A DNA stretch of 64,000 bases from positions 768,001 to 832,000 of the forward strand of contig CAXXFL010000007.1 of the NCBI GenBank assembly GCA_963674965.2, given 5' to 3'. This stretch comes from a bacterium (lineage in GTDB: Bacteria > RBG-13-61-14 > DATKZS01). Every line of letters starts with the position of its first letter. The stretch's first letter is position 1. The notes below the pieces were generated by a model. That model ran no database searches. It saw only the letters and a program-made list of their open reading frames with translations, and was not told the origin of the DNA. The position numbers were made by a program, and so were the translations under genes. Shown one piece after another: positions 46,393 to 57,310 of this stretch.

Positions 46393-49050
46393 ATGAATAC
46401 CCATAAGAGGATTATTCTGGCCCTCGCTCTTGCCATGGCGACGCCGCTAATCCTGGCCTCCGCCGGGCCGGCCGGCGCTGCCTCCAAACACATGAAGGAA
46501 GACCTCGCCGAGGGATGGAGCATAATCAACGCCCGTGAAGTCGCCCAAGGCGGAGAGGAAATCTCGACGCCGGGGTTCGACCGCTCCGGCTGGATTCCCG
46601 CTCGGGTCCCCGCGACCGTGATGGCCGCCCTCGTCGAGGCGGGCGAGATCGAGGACCCCTATTTCGGCGTGAACCTCAAGTCCGTTCCCGGCGCCCTGCC
46701 CCCGCCCCTGGACATATCCGCCTCGCGCATGCCTCCCTTCAGCCCCTTCAGGGACCCATGGTGGTACGCGATCGAGTTCGATATTCCACCGGGCTTCTCC
46801 GGCCAAAGGATATGGCTCGAGCTTAAAGGCGTTAACTACCGGGCCAACGTCTGGATGAACGGGCGGAAAATAGCGGGTTCGGACCGGATCGTGGGCGCCT
46901 ACCGATACTTCGAGCTCGACGTCACCGAGGCGGTGAGGGCGGGCCGAACCAACGCCCTGGCCCTCGAGGTTTTCGCGCCGGAGCGAAGGGAGTTGGCATT
47001 TAGCTGGGTGGACTGGAACCCGGCGCCTCCCGACCGGGACATGGGCATATGGCGAGAGGCGTCACTCATCGCCGCGGGGCCCGTCAGAATCCGGCGCCCT
47101 CGCGTCCGGTCCGAGATCGACCTTGCCACTCTGGGCGAGGCCCGCCTTACCGTGGCCGTGGAGGTCGAAAACGGCTCGGAGAGCGAGCGAAAAGCCACCG
47201 TCAGGGGAAGGACGGACTCGATATCCTTCGCCAAGGAGGTAACCCTGGGGCCGGGCGAAAAAAGAGAGGTCCTATTCAGTCCCGAGGAGTTCCCCGTCCT
47301 GGTCATTCGAGAACCCCGGCTCTGGTGGCCCTACCAGATGGGCGAGCCCAACCTTTACGACCTGGAGATATCAGCCGAGGTTGGCGGCGAGATTTCCGAC
47401 TCGGCGCTCTCGAGGTTCGGCGTCAGAGACGTCAAGTCCGAGTTCACCGAGGAGGGCAACCTGGTTTTCAAGGTCAACGGAAAAAGGGTACTCATCCGAG
47501 GAGCCGGGTGGGCCCCCGACATGATGCTCCGCCCCAATCCCGAGCGCCTGGCCTGGGAGATAAGGTACGTCAAGGAGATGAATCTTAACGCCATCCGGCT
47601 GGAGGGTAAGCTCGAGACCGACGAGTTCTACGACCTTTGCGACCAGGAGGGGATCATGGTCATCGCCGGCTGGTGCTGCTGCCACCATTGGGAGAGATGG
47701 CACGCCTGGGACAAGGAGGACCACGTGGTCGCCGAGCGCAGCCAGCGCGACCAGATAAGGCGCCTTGGTTCCCATCCCTGCATGATCGCCTGGATGAACG
47801 CAAGCGACATGCCTCCTCCCCCCGCGGTGGAGAAGGTTTACCTCGAGACGCTTGAGGAGGCCGGCTGGCCCAACCCCTCCATATCCTCGGCCTCCGAGAA
47901 GCCGGCCAAGTTCAGTGGGCCCTCGGGCGTGAAGATGACCGGGCCCTACGATTACGTTCCTCCCCTTTACTGGTATGAGGACGATAAAAGGGGAGGGGCC
48001 TGGGGATTCAACACCGAAACCTCGCCCGGACCGGCCGTTCCCCCTATCGAGTCGCTCGAGGCCATGCTTCCGGCGGACGAGCTCTGGCCCGTCAACGACT
48101 ACTGGAACTATCACGCGGGAAGAAACCTCTTCGGAAACATCTCCATTTTCAAAAAAGCCCAGGATTCCCGGTACGGACCCTCGAGCGGCGCGGAGGAATT
48201 CTCCGTCAAGTCCCAGGCCATGTGCTACGAGGGAGAGCGGGCCATGTTCGAGGCCTACGGCCGCGAGAAGTACACGGCCACCGGCGTTATCCAGTGGATG
48301 CTCAACGACGCCTGGCCCTCCATCATCTGGCACCTCTACGATTACTACCTGAGGCCGGGGGGAGGATACTTCGGGACTAAAAAGGCCCTCGAGCCACTCC
48401 ACGTCCAGTACTCCTACGACGACCGCTCGATAGTGGTGGTCAACGGCCGCGTCCGACCGGCGGAAGGCCTCACCCTGAAGGCGCGCCTTTTCAACCTCGA
48501 CATGGAGGAAAAGTGGTGCGAGGAGTTCGCCGTGAGCGTGGATGAGGACGCGGTGAAACTCGTCGGGTTCGCGCCGGAGCCGGAAGGCTTGACCTCGACC
48601 TATTTCCTCAAGCTCGAGCTTCGCGGCGAGGGCGGAGAATCGATAAGCGACAATTTTTACTGGCTGTCCACCAAGCCCGACGTTCTAAGCTGGATGGGCT
48701 CGACCTGGTATTACACGCCGGCCAAGTCCCACGCCGACTTCAAGGCGTTAAACGATCTCGAGACGATCGGGATCGAGGCCAGGGCGGATTTCAAAAATAC
48801 GGAGAGTTGGGGCTCGGCTGAAGTAGCCGTGAGAAACCCCTCGGGTTCCCTGGCCTTCATGGTAAGGCTGAAGATGGTCGCCGGCGGCGAGGAAATCCTT
48901 CCCGTCTTCTGGGAGGACAATTACTTCTCCCTTCTCCCCGGCGAGGAAAGAACGATCAAGGTCGAGTTCCCTTTGCCCGCGGCCAAAGATAATGATCCAA
49001 TCCTGGAAGTGGGCGGCTGGAACGTATCGGGATACGAACCCTTAAAATAG
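46393..49050 (+). CDS. GH2 exo-beta-D-glucosaminidase (CsxA-like), secreted
   Basis: Signal peptide; GVNYRANVWMNG, WVDWNPAPPD, RLEGK, GWCCC..WE, NASD, GPYDYVPP, FNTETSPG. Confidence 0.85.
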   Translation: MNTHKRIILALALAMATPLILASAGPAGAASKHMKEDLAEGWSIINAREVAQGGEEISTPGFDRSGWIPARVPATVMAALVEAGEIEDPYFGVNLKSVPGALPPPLDISASRMPPFSPFRDPWWYAIEFDIPPGFSGQRIWLELKGVNYRANVWMNGRKIAGSDRIVGAYRYFELDVTEAVRAGRTNALALEVFAPERRELAFSWVDWNPAPPDRDMGIWREASLIAAGPVRIRRPRVRSEIDLATLGEARLTVAVEVENGSESERKATVRGRTDSISFAKEVTLGPGEKREVLFSPEEFPVLVIREPRLWWPYQMGEPNLYDLEISAEVGGEISDSALSRFGVRDVKSEFTEEGNLVFKVNGKRVLIRGAGWAPDMMLRPNPERLAWEIRYVKEMNLNAIRLEGKLETDEFYDLCDQEGIMVIAGWCCCHHWERWHAWDKEDHVVAERSQRDQIRRLGSHPCMIAWMNASDMPPPPAVEKVYLETLEEAGWPNPSISSASEKPAKFSGPSGVKMTGPYDYVPPLYWYEDDKRGGAWGFNTETSPGPAVPPIESLEAMLPADELWPVNDYWNYHAGRNLFGNISIFKKAQDSRYGPSSGAEEFSVKSQAMCYEGERAMFEAYGREKYTATGVIQWMLNDAWPSIIWHLYDYYLRPGGGYFGTKKALEPLHVQYSYDDRSIVVVNGRVRPAEGLTLKARLFNLDMEEKWCEEFAVSVDEDAVKLVGFAPEPEGLTSTYFLKLELRGEGGESISDNFYWLSTKPDVLSWMGSTWYYTPAKSHADFKALNDLETIGIEARADFKNTESWGSAEVAVRNPSGSLAFMVRLKMVAGGEEILPVFWEDNYFSLLPGEERTIKVEFPLPAAKDNDPILEVGGWNVSGYEPLK

Positions 49051-49307
49051 GAGCGGCCGGGCAATTGTCGAGTTATGATGTAACTTTTGCGGGCGGCCGT
49101 CCAATTGGAGGGCGTATGCCCAAATTGCCGATCCGCGCCTAATTGTGCTACCTTCAAGTAGAAGCTTGGACGTATTATCCGGCTTTGCATGGGGACCCTC
49201 GCGGCTGGTCCGCGAGGATGGTACATTATCCCGCCCCGAGCGCGATCACCTGGCGCGGTCTTTGCTGGGGCATTGAAGCATAAAACGATAATAAGGAGAT
49301 CAGGCAG

Positions 49308-52300
49308 ATGAGAGCCAAATTTTTCCTTCGCGCGTGGGCGGCGCTTATGGCGCCGCTGGTTCTGGTAATTTTTTCCCTCGGCGGGACAAGCGAGGCGGCC
49401 GATTCCTCCGGTCCAAGGCCGACCGTGGTCCGCTCATCCAAGGTGGGCGTTTCCCGGCCCTTGAGCGAGATGAAGGTCGCGCGGCCCTCGGGGCGGGCCG
49501 TCTCGGGACCGGCCATCGAGGTCCCTCTTGGCCGTCCTTCCCCCCGGCGTCCGGTATCGGTTCACGAGTCGGACGGGGCGCTTCAGGACTGGCAAGGCAC
49601 GGCGCGGATGCCGTCCATTGACGTTAACTTCGAGGGCCTGGGCAACGTTAACGGAGTTTTGCCCCCCGACACCAACGGGGACGTGGGACCGGACCACTAC
49701 GTCGAGTGGGTCAATCTCTCCATTGCCGTCTACGATAAGAGCGGGGACCTGCTGCTCGGACCGATCCCCGGCAACCAGATTTGGGACGGCTTCGGCGGGG
49801 CCTGCGAGGAATTTAACGACGGCGACCCCATCGTCATGTACGACCAGTTGGCCAACCGCTGGATGATAAGCCAGTTCGCCCTCGAATGGGGCGTGGGCTT
49901 CCACCAGTGCATCGCCGTCTCGCAAAAGCCCGACCCCACGGGCTCGTGGTACCTTTACGACTTCGAGATCAGCTCGGAAAAAATGAACGACTATCCCAAG
50001 TTCGGGGTATGGCCCGACGGCTATTACGTCTCGTTCAACCAGTTTAACGACGACGCGACCAACTCCTGGGCCGGAGCGGGAGTGGCGGTTTTCGAGCGCT
50101 CCGAAATGCTGCAGGGCCGCTCCGCCCGCATGGTCTACTTCGACCTTTACGACGTGGACTCGGACTACTGGGGACTTCTTCCCTCCGACTTCGACGGGCA
50201 GCCCCCCCCAGCCGGGTCGCCCAATTATTACGTGTCCGTCGAGTTCACCGAATGGGGCTCGCCCCAGGACAGGCTGCGCATATGGGAGTTCAAAACCGAC
50301 TGGACTAAACCCACGGACTCGACCTTCGGGGTCGGCGGCGTGGCCAATGAGACCCTGGTCACCTCCTCTTTTGACGCCGACATGTGCGGCTTCAGCAGGA
50401 ACTGTATCTCCCAGCCGGGAGGGGCCAAGTTGGACGCCATATCGGACCGTCTCATGTTCCGCAACCAGTACAGAAATTTCGACGACCATGAGACCCTGGT
50501 CCTGAACCACACGGTGGACGCCAATGGTTCCGACCTGGCGGGGATCAGGTGGTACGAGCTTCGCAATAAGGGTACCTGGTCGATCTTCCAGCAGGGCACC
50601 TATTCTCCCGACTCGACCAACCGGTGGATGGGCAGCATCGCCATGGACGCGGTCGGAAACATCGCGCTGGGCTATAGTAAAAGCAGTTCTTCCCTGTCTC
50701 CTTCCATCGCCGTGGCCGGACGCCTGGCGGGCGATCCCGCGGGAACGCTTCCCCAGGCCGAGCGGACCATCATAACCGGAAGCGGCTACCAGACCCATTC
50801 CAGCGGCAGGTGGGGAGACTACTCGTCCATGTCCGTGGACCCCACCGACGACTGCACCTTCTGGTACGCGCAGGAATATTACGACTCGGCCTCGAGCGCG
50901 GACTGGAAGACGAGAATAGCGTCCTTCCGTTTTCCCACCTGCAGTTCCTCCGGCCTGGGAGAACTGAAGGGAAAGGTCACGGACGACTCGACCGGCGACC
51001 CCGTAAGCGGGGCCCTGATCTCGGCGGGCATATTCAGCACCATCACCGACGACAACGGCGAATACGACATTATCAACCTTCCCGGGGGCACTTACGACGT
51101 CACGGCCTCGAGCTTTCTTTACAACGAGGAAACCGTAACCGACGTGGTGATCACGGACGGCGTCACCACTACTCTCGACTTCACGCTGACGGCCAAAGAC
51201 CCGGCCCTGGTGCAGGGCACGGTCAGGGAGGACTCCTCGAACGACTGGCCCCTTTACGCCAAGGTCCACGCCAAGCACTCCTCCGGTTTTGAAGCCTCGG
51301 TTTATACCGATCCCGTCACCGGCCAGTACAGCCTTAACCTGCTCCGCGACGACCCCTTCACCTTTACCGTGACGGCCCAATACCCGGGCTATGAGGAACT
51401 GGTAACGACGGTAACTCCCACCTCGAACCCCTATACGGCCGACTTCGACCTGGCGGTGATCGAGGCCGAGTGCACGGCGCCGGGAAGGTATATCGATTAC
51501 AAGTACTATAACGACTTCGAGTCCGACAACGGCGGCTTCACCGCCCAGGCCCTCACTGGCTCGACCGACTCCTGGGCCTGGGGCGAGCCGACCAGCGGCC
51601 CCGGCGGGGCCTACTCGGGATCGAAAGCCTGGGCCACCAACCCGGCGGGCGACTACCAGGTCAACGAGAACTCCTGCATGGTCTCTCCCGCCATCGACCT
51701 GACCAGCGTGCCCGCGGGCGAGAGCATCACCCTCGAGTGGAGACAATACGCGGTCATGGAGCAGGGCTACGACTTCTACAGCGTCGAGGCGTCCAAAAAC
51801 GGCGGCGGGACCTGGGCCGTAATTTACGGCCCTCGCACGGGACAGGTCGACAACTCCTGGACGCGGACCTCCGTGGAACTCGACTCGACTTACCGGGTAT
51901 CGAATTTCAGGGTGAGGTTTTGCCTTGACAGCGACTATTCCGTCACTTACGACGGCGTATACATAGACGACGTCGGCCTGTACCCGGAGAGCGCGTGTCA
52001 GATCGAGGCCGGCGGACTGGTGATCGGCAACGTGTACGACGGGAACAACGGCGAGCCGGTCGACGGGATTTCCGTCAAGGACGGCCTGGGCCACCTGGAT
52101 TATACCGAGTCCACCTATGGCGACGGCTCGATCGACGACGGCTTCTACGCCCTTTTCTCCCAGGCGGGGTCCCGTACGGTGACCGCCGACGGCGGCGAGA
52201 ACTACGGCGACGACTCGGCCTCGGTAACGTTCGCGACCAACGCCGTCGCGACCCAGGACTTCGTGCTTCCCGCCGGGATACTCGAGGCCGACACCACCTC

Positions 52301-53630
52301 GATGACCTTCACGGTCAACAAGGACGCGAAGACCTCGAGCGTCTCCTTTAACCTCAGCAACCTGGGCGGAACGACCTTGACATACTCGATCGCCGAGGTG
52401 AGCGGACAGCTCGACTTGCCCGAGCCCACCGGCGTCATCGCCTCCGTCACCCGACACCTGGGACCCAAGAACTTGAACCTGCCCAGCCTGGACGGCGTGG
52501 CCTATTACGTCGAGCCCCCCGAGACCGGCGCCCTTTCAGGCGGAGAGGCGCTAGGCTCCTTCCCCTCCTCCTCGAGCGGGACCTGGGGACTGGCGCTCGA
52601 CCTCGAGCGCGACTCGCTCTGGGTTTCCACCGCCAAGATACTGGGAGGCGAAAACCAGGCCAGGGAGTACGACAGGGCGGGGGCGGCCGCGGGCGGCTCG
52701 ATAAGCGGCGCCTACTGGACCGATCGGTTCGGCGCGGACATGGCCTACAACCCCTTCACGGACAAGCTCTGGCAGGTCAACGTCGGGGGGGACAACTGCA
52801 TTTACGAGATGGACCCGGACACGGGCGGGAGCACGGGCAAGACGGTCTGTCCCTCCCTGGGCAGGTCCATGCGGGGCCTGGCCTACGACCCGGTAACCGA
52901 CACCTTCTTCGCCGGCTCCTGGAACGACGCCAATATCCACCGCTTCACCTCGGAGGGCGTGGTGATCGGCTCGAAGTTCGTGGGCCTGGCCATATCCGGC
53001 CTCGCCTACAACCCCTCGACCGGACACCTTTTCGCCGCGGTCAACGACGACTCTCCCTTCGACGTTTACGTGCTCGACGCCAACGACGGCTATCGCGTGG
53101 TTGGGGGCATGAACGTCGAGGGTCTGGACGACTTCGAGCAGGCCGGCCTCGAGATCGACTGCAACGGGGACCTGTGGGCCGCGGACCAGGTGGACGGGGT
53201 GGTTATCAACGCCTCGGGATGCGAGAAGGACGCCTGCGGCTACAGGAGCGTGTCCTGGCTAAGTGCCGCGCCGTTATCCGGAAGCCTGGCCTCCGGCTCC
53301 ACGGCGACGGTCACCGTTACCGTGGATGGAACGGGCAATAACGTCGGTACCTATTACTCGTATCTGAGGATCGACTCGACAACTCCCTACGGCCCGCTTT
53401 ACGTTTCGGTCAAGATGATCGTGGAGGACGACCTGAGGGAAAGCGGAGATGGAGGAGGTGACGATGGAGGCGGCGACGACGGATGCGGCTGCGTCATGCG
53501 TCCCGGGGCCCCCTCGGGCGGGATCGTCGCGGCCGCCCTTGTCCTCGCCGCTCCCCTCATGATAGCCCTGGCCCTGGGAGGACTGTCCAGACGGAGAAGG
53601 GCCGCGGCCGAAAAAAGATATCCGGGCTGA
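49308..53630 (+). CDS. Large multidomain surface protein with MYXO-CTERM-like sorting signal
   Basis: Signal peptide; N-terminal PPDTNGDVGP..RWGDYS domain; carboxypeptidase-regulatory-like repeats; MAM-like domain (GVYIDDV); propeller-like repeats; C-terminal GGDDGCGC-TM-RRRR. Confidence 0.85.
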   Translation: MRAKFFLRAWAALMAPLVLVIFSLGGTSEAADSSGPRPTVVRSSKVGVSRPLSEMKVARPSGRAVSGPAIEVPLGRPSPRRPVSVHESDGALQDWQGTARMPSIDVNFEGLGNVNGVLPPDTNGDVGPDHYVEWVNLSIAVYDKSGDLLLGPIPGNQIWDGFGGACEEFNDGDPIVMYDQLANRWMISQFALEWGVGFHQCIAVSQKPDPTGSWYLYDFEISSEKMNDYPKFGVWPDGYYVSFNQFNDDATNSWAGAGVAVFERSEMLQGRSARMVYFDLYDVDSDYWGLLPSDFDGQPPPAGSPNYYVSVEFTEWGSPQDRLRIWEFKTDWTKPTDSTFGVGGVANETLVTSSFDADMCGFSRNCISQPGGAKLDAISDRLMFRNQYRNFDDHETLVLNHTVDANGSDLAGIRWYELRNKGTWSIFQQGTYSPDSTNRWMGSIAMDAVGNIALGYSKSSSSLSPSIAVAGRLAGDPAGTLPQAERTIITGSGYQTHSSGRWGDYSSMSVDPTDDCTFWYAQEYYDSASSADWKTRIASFRFPTCSSSGLGELKGKVTDDSTGDPVSGALISAGIFSTITDDNGEYDIINLPGGTYDVTASSFLYNEETVTDVVITDGVTTTLDFTLTAKDPALVQGTVREDSSNDWPLYAKVHAKHSSGFEASVYTDPVTGQYSLNLLRDDPFTFTVTAQYPGYEELVTTVTPTSNPYTADFDLAVIEAECTAPGRYIDYKYYNDFESDNGGFTAQALTGSTDSWAWGEPTSGPGGAYSGSKAWATNPAGDYQVNENSCMVSPAIDLTSVPAGESITLEWRQYAVMEQGYDFYSVEASKNGGGTWAVIYGPRTGQVDNSWTRTSVELDSTYRVSNFRVRFCLDSDYSVTYDGVYIDDVGLYPESACQIEAGGLVIGNVYDGNNGEPVDGISVKDGLGHLDYTESTYGDGSIDDGFYALFSQAGSRTVTADGGENYGDDSASVTFATNAVATQDFVLPAGILEADTTSMTFTVNKDAKTSSVSFNLSNLGGTTLTYSIAEVSGQLDLPEPTGVIASVTRHLGPKNLNLPSLDGVAYYVEPPETGALSGGEALGSFPSSSSGTWGLALDLERDSLWVSTAKILGGENQAREYDRAGAAAGGSISGAYWTDRFGADMAYNPFTDKLWQVNVGGDNCIYEMDPDTGGSTGKTVCPSLGRSMRGLAYDPVTDTFFAGSWNDANIHRFTSEGVVIGSKFVGLAISGLAYNPSTGHLFAAVNDDSPFDVYVLDANDGYRVVGGMNVEGLDDFEQAGLEIDCNGDLWAADQVDGVVINASGCEKDACGYRSVSWLSAAPLSGSLASGSTATVTVTVDGTGNNVGTYYSYLRIDSTTPYGPLYVSVKMIVEDDLRESGDGGGDDGGGDDGCGCVMRPGAPSGGIVAAALVLAAPLMIALALGGLSRRRRAAAEKRYPG

Positions 53631-53664
53631 TGAGCCCGGATATATAAGCGTGGCGCAAAAGGCC

Positions 53665-53696
53665 AAAGGGGACGGTTTTTTCCGTCCCCTTTTTTA
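53665..53696. terminator. Rho-independent terminator between convergent genes
   Basis: AAAGGGGACGG-TTTTTT-CCGTCCCCTTTTTT. Confidence 0.85.
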
Positions 53697-53709
53697 TTCG
53701 AGCCGGAAT

Positions 53710-55272
53710 TTACCCGCCTCCCGCAGGCAGGGTGATGGGCATGCCCATGATGGGCCAGACTACCAGAATGAATATGCCCAGGACCACCATAAGTATTATG
53801 CTCGCCGGGATTCCCACCACGAAATACTCTCCGGGCGAGAACTGCTTGCTCTCGTAGGCGATGGCGTTGGGCGCGGCGCCGACCAGGGTCAGGAAGGGCA
53901 TGCCCGCGGTAACGAGGGACGAGAACAGAATGACCTCGGGGGCCACGTTCAAATAAGGAGCGATCACCAGGGCCACGGGAAGAGATATGGCGATGGCCGC
54001 GACGTTCATGATGAAGTTGGTCATGATGAGCACGAAGAAGGCGATGCTCATTATAAAGACGAACCAGTGGGCGTTCTGGAACATGAGGAGCCACTTGATG
54101 GCCAGCCACTGGGCGGCGCCGGTTTCCCACAGGCAAAAGCCTATGCTCATGGCCCCGCCGAAAAGGAGGATGATGTTCCAGGGAATTTTCTCGAGGTCGT
54201 CGAGGGTGAGAATCCTGAAGGTGAAGAAGGCCGCCGTGGTGAGCAGGATGATCGAGCTTTTATCTATGGAGAGGAGCTTGAACAGGGCGGAGTCCTCGTC
54301 GGGCGTGGGGCCGAGAATCTGGGACTTGACGGACTTGATCCCGAGGAAGACGATCACCGATAACACCATGACCAGGGTGAAGATTTCCGCGCCCGTCATG
54401 GGACCCAGCTTGGCGTAGAGTTCCTTGGATTTTTCCTTCAGCCCGGGGATGGTTTTTTTCTCGGGCTTGTAATAAATAAGGAGGAATAGCCAGAGCACCG
54501 CGGTCATGGCGATCCCCACGGGCGCCATGTAATAGGAAAGACCGAAGAAGGTGATCTCCTTTCCCACTATTTCCTTGAAGAACCCGACGGCCACGGCGCC
54601 CCGGGCGGCCCCCAACAGGGTGATGATGGAGCCGGCGCCGGCCACGAAGGACATGCCGATAAAAAGCCCCTTTCCGAACTTGGTGGGGGCTTCCTCGTCG
54701 GTGTAGAGGGCGTAGATGGCCGTAAGCAACGGGAAGATGGTGGCGGCCACGGCCGTGTGGGCCATAACCAGGGTCAGGCCGGCGGTCATGGCGAAGCACC
54801 CGAGGTATATCATCGAGGTTTTCTCGCCGACCAGGCCGATCATTTTATAGGCCAGTCTCCTGGTAAGTCCCGTTTTGGTGAAGACCATGCCGATGACCAG
54901 GGAGGCCAGGATGAACCAGACCGAGGGGTCGAAGAAGTCCTTGTAGCCGACCTTGCTTTCCCTGATAAAGAAAAGGCCCTGGATGGCCCCGATCAAGATG
55001 CTGGTCACGCCGATGGGCACGACCTCGAAGACCCACCAGGTGGCGGCGAACAGGAACAGGGCGATGGCGGCCTTGGCCTGGGGGGAGAGGGCGAAATGGA
55101 CGCCCTTTGGATCGACGGCGTCCGAGAAAGGTGGGGCCAGATATATGATTAAGAAAAGCAGGACTCCGGCCACCCCGGCGCCGAACTTGGTCCAGTTGAT
55201 TTGCTTCATCACGGCGCCGAAGAACCCGCCCGATTTTTTGGACTCTCTTTTTACTTCAGGATTCGACGTCAT
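53710..55272 (-). CDS. DASS/SLC13 family anion permease
   Basis: WWVFEVVPIG, MAHTA, LGAARG, IPWNIILLFGG, TNFIMN, GAAPNAIAY. Confidence 0.9.
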   Translation of the reverse strand: MTSNPEVKRESKKSGGFFGAVMKQINWTKFGAGVAGVLLFLIIYLAPPFSDAVDPKGVHFALSPQAKAAIALFLFAATWWVFEVVPIGVTSILIGAIQGLFFIRESKVGYKDFFDPSVWFILASLVIGMVFTKTGLTRRLAYKMIGLVGEKTSMIYLGCFAMTAGLTLVMAHTAVAATIFPLLTAIYALYTDEEAPTKFGKGLFIGMSFVAGAGSIITLLGAARGAVAVGFFKEIVGKEITFFGLSYYMAPVGIAMTAVLWLFLLIYYKPEKKTIPGLKEKSKELYAKLGPMTGAEIFTLVMVLSVIVFLGIKSVKSQILGPTPDEDSALFKLLSIDKSSIILLTTAAFFTFRILTLDDLEKIPWNIILLFGGAMSIGFCLWETGAAQWLAIKWLLMFQNAHWFVFIMSIAFFVLIMTNFIMNVAAIAISLPVALVIAPYLNVAPEVILFSSLVTAGMPFLTLVGAAPNAIAYESKQFSPGEYFVVGIPASIILMVVLGIFILVVWPIMGMPITLPAGGG

Positions 55273-55302
55273 TTTACTTCCCTTTCACTGCTTGTGGCGC
55301 CT

Positions 55303-55860
55303 TTACTCGGCGCACTTTGGATACTCGTCGCCCAGAATAATCTCCGCTATGTCCTGGAAGACGTCCACCGACCTGGCCACTCCGATAACGGAGCCGTCCT
55401 TGACCACGGGAAGGAGGCTGGTGTTGCTCTCAACCATTTCGTAAATGGCCTTCATAAGGTGATCGTCCGCCGAGATCACCGCCTCGACGGGCCGCATGAT
55501 CTTTCCGACCGTGACCTGCCTGGACCTCTCGATTATTCCCTTTATCAGGCGGTCCGAGAGCATCTCGAGAAGGTTGGGATCGAGCTCGACGTTAAAGTAA
55601 TTTCGCCGCTGCGAAAGCGGCTCGTTGGACAGGAATTTCGGCTCGATCCCCCTGAAGATGTCGCGCCTCCTGACCAGGCCGACCAGTTCCTTGTCCCGGT
55701 TGAAGACCAGTATTACCCGGGGAAGCGACACGCGTCCGTCCACGTCTATCTTGCATTTCTCGATGACGACGATCGCGTCCTTTAAATTCTGGTCCTCATA
55801 CACCCAGGGATAATGGTCCAGCGAAATCATTATCTCGCCCACGGTCTTGATTGTCTCCAT
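55303..55860 (-). CDS. CBS-pair domain protein
   Basis: TVGEIMI, LVGLV..RDI, TVGKIMRP, LPVVKDGSVIGV; GGAGG Shine-Dalgarno. Confidence 0.88.
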   Translation of the reverse strand: METIKTVGEIMISLDHYPWVYEDQNLKDAIVVIEKCKIDVDGRVSLPRVILVFNRDKELVGLVRRRDIFRGIEPKFLSNEPLSQRRNYFNVELDPNLLEMLSDRLIKGIIERSRQVTVGKIMRPVEAVISADDHLMKAIYEMVESNTSLLPVVKDGSVIGVARSVDVFQDIAEIILGDEYPKCAE

Positions 55861-56051
55861 TTCAACCTCCCTTCTCCGATCGATCACTTTCGAATGATCG
55901 AAAGTTCCAGCCCCTTTTTCAGGCGCGCCTCTCCCCTTGAGCCTAATTTCCGAATCAGGGGAAGAAATTGACGGGACGACACGATGAATTCCAAACCTCT
56001 CGATTCACCGCTACAACTCCTCTCGAATACTCGAGTTAGGGAAAGCCGCCT

Positions 56052-56081
56052 AAAAACGCGCCCTTTTCCGGGCGCGAAAAA
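56052..56081 (-). terminator. Rho-independent terminator after the receiver gene
   Basis: Minus strand CGCGCCC-GGAAAA-GGGCGCG-TTTTT. Confidence 0.7.
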
Positions 56082-56090
56082 TTCCGGGCG

Positions 56091-56522
56091 CTACCAGCCC
56101 TTGTTCTTCAAGATATCGTTCATCTTGGCCTGCATCTTCTTCTCGACCAGGACCGCCTTTTCCACCTTGGCCTTTTTGATTTTTTCCATCAGGTCTTCTA
56201 TCTTGGCCGGCTTCTCGAGAAAGTCCACCGCCCCCAGCTTGACGGCCTGGACGCCCTTCTCGACCGTGGCGTGTCCCGTGAGCAGGATCACCTGGAGTTC
56301 GGGGTTTTTCTCGAGCATCTTCTTCAGGGTTTCCATGCCGTCCATGCCCGGCATGACCATGTCCAGGATTACCGCGTCAAACCTTTTTTGCGCGATCTTC
56401 TCGAGCGCCTCCGGCCCGCTGCCCGCGGACTCGACGCTCAGCCCCCGCGACTCCATCCTCGTGGACAAGGCATCGACGAAATCCTGCTCATCGTCGACCA
56501 GGAGCACCTTTTCATCAGACAT
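56091..56522 (-). CDS. Single-domain response regulator
   Basis: LLVDDE, ILDMVMPG, LTGH, EKP. Confidence 0.92.
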   Translation of the reverse strand: MSDEKVLLVDDEQDFVDALSTRMESRGLSVESAGSGPEALEKIAQKRFDAVILDMVMPGMDGMETLKKMLEKNPELQVILLTGHATVEKGVQAVKLGAVDFLEKPAKIEDLMEKIKKAKVEKAVLVEKKMQAKMNDILKNKGW

Positions 56523-56623
56523 GTTACATCCCCCTTCCAAGCCGGCTAAAAAGAGCCGCTTTCACTTCGATAAAACCGACCCTATCGCCAATAGGCGATA
56601 AAACTACATTGCCGAGAAAGGCT

Positions 56624-57310
56624 TCAATGGCCGGGCGATCTCGCTGGAAAGGCCAATACAATGGGGCCTTGCGCGTTTTCCACCGACGCCCGTCCTCCCA
56701 TTTCCTCCATTATAAAACAAAGCGCGTGAAATTGCTCGCCGCCACTATCGGTTTCCCCGGCCGCCGTGGAGGATACCCTTGCCTCCACGCCGCCGTCCGC
56801 GGCTTGTATGGCCACGCAAAGCCCGTCACCGGAGCCGGACTTCTCGAGCATGAGCATGACGGCCAGGAAAATGGCGTGGCGGAAGGCGAAGGGGTCGGTC
56901 TCGATCATGACCTCATCCGGCGGAAGCTGGGCCAAAAGCTCGGCCTTCTTCTGATAGGCGAGCCGTCCCGCCAGGTTGACGATGTTTTCAGCGGCCTCGC
57001 CGGCGTTAAAGGACGCGACGGGCTGGTCCACGCTGTGAGAGAAGTTGTTGAGCCGCTTGACGATGGTCTTGCCGCGGTCGAGATGCTTTTTAATGGTCCG
57101 GACCACGTTTCCGATCTTCTCGGGGCTGAGGGGTCGTTCCTCGGACACGGTAAGGAGAAGGTCCTCGGCCAGTCCCGCGTGCTCCCCGATAATGGCGAAA
57201 ACGTTGTTGATCTCGTGGGACACGCTCGCCGTCACCTTGCCGAAGAAGCGAAGCTTCTCCCCCGTCTTGGACCGGCCGTTATCAGCGTCCGTCATGGCCT
57301 TGCCCGTCAA
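56624..57310 (-). CDS. HisKA protein with degenerate ATPase domain (possible phosphotransferase)
   Basis: H-box SVSHEINN present; no sensor domain and no recognisable N, G1, F or G2 boxes. Confidence 0.75.
   Translation of the reverse strand: MTGKAMTDADNGRSKTGEKLRFFGKVTASVSHEINNVFAIIGEHAGLAEDLLLTVSEERPLSPEKIGNVVRTIKKHLDRGKTIVKRLNNFSHSVDQPVASFNAGEAAENIVNLAGRLAYQKKAELLAQLPPDEVMIETDPFAFRHAIFLAVMLMLEKSGSGDGLCVAIQAADGGVEARVSSTAAGETDSGGEQFHALCFIMEEMGGRASVENAQGPIVLAFPARSPGH

Noticed and set aside
49434-52457. 1007-aa antisense ORF
   Set aside because: Shadow of the large surface protein gene; no independent coding signal.
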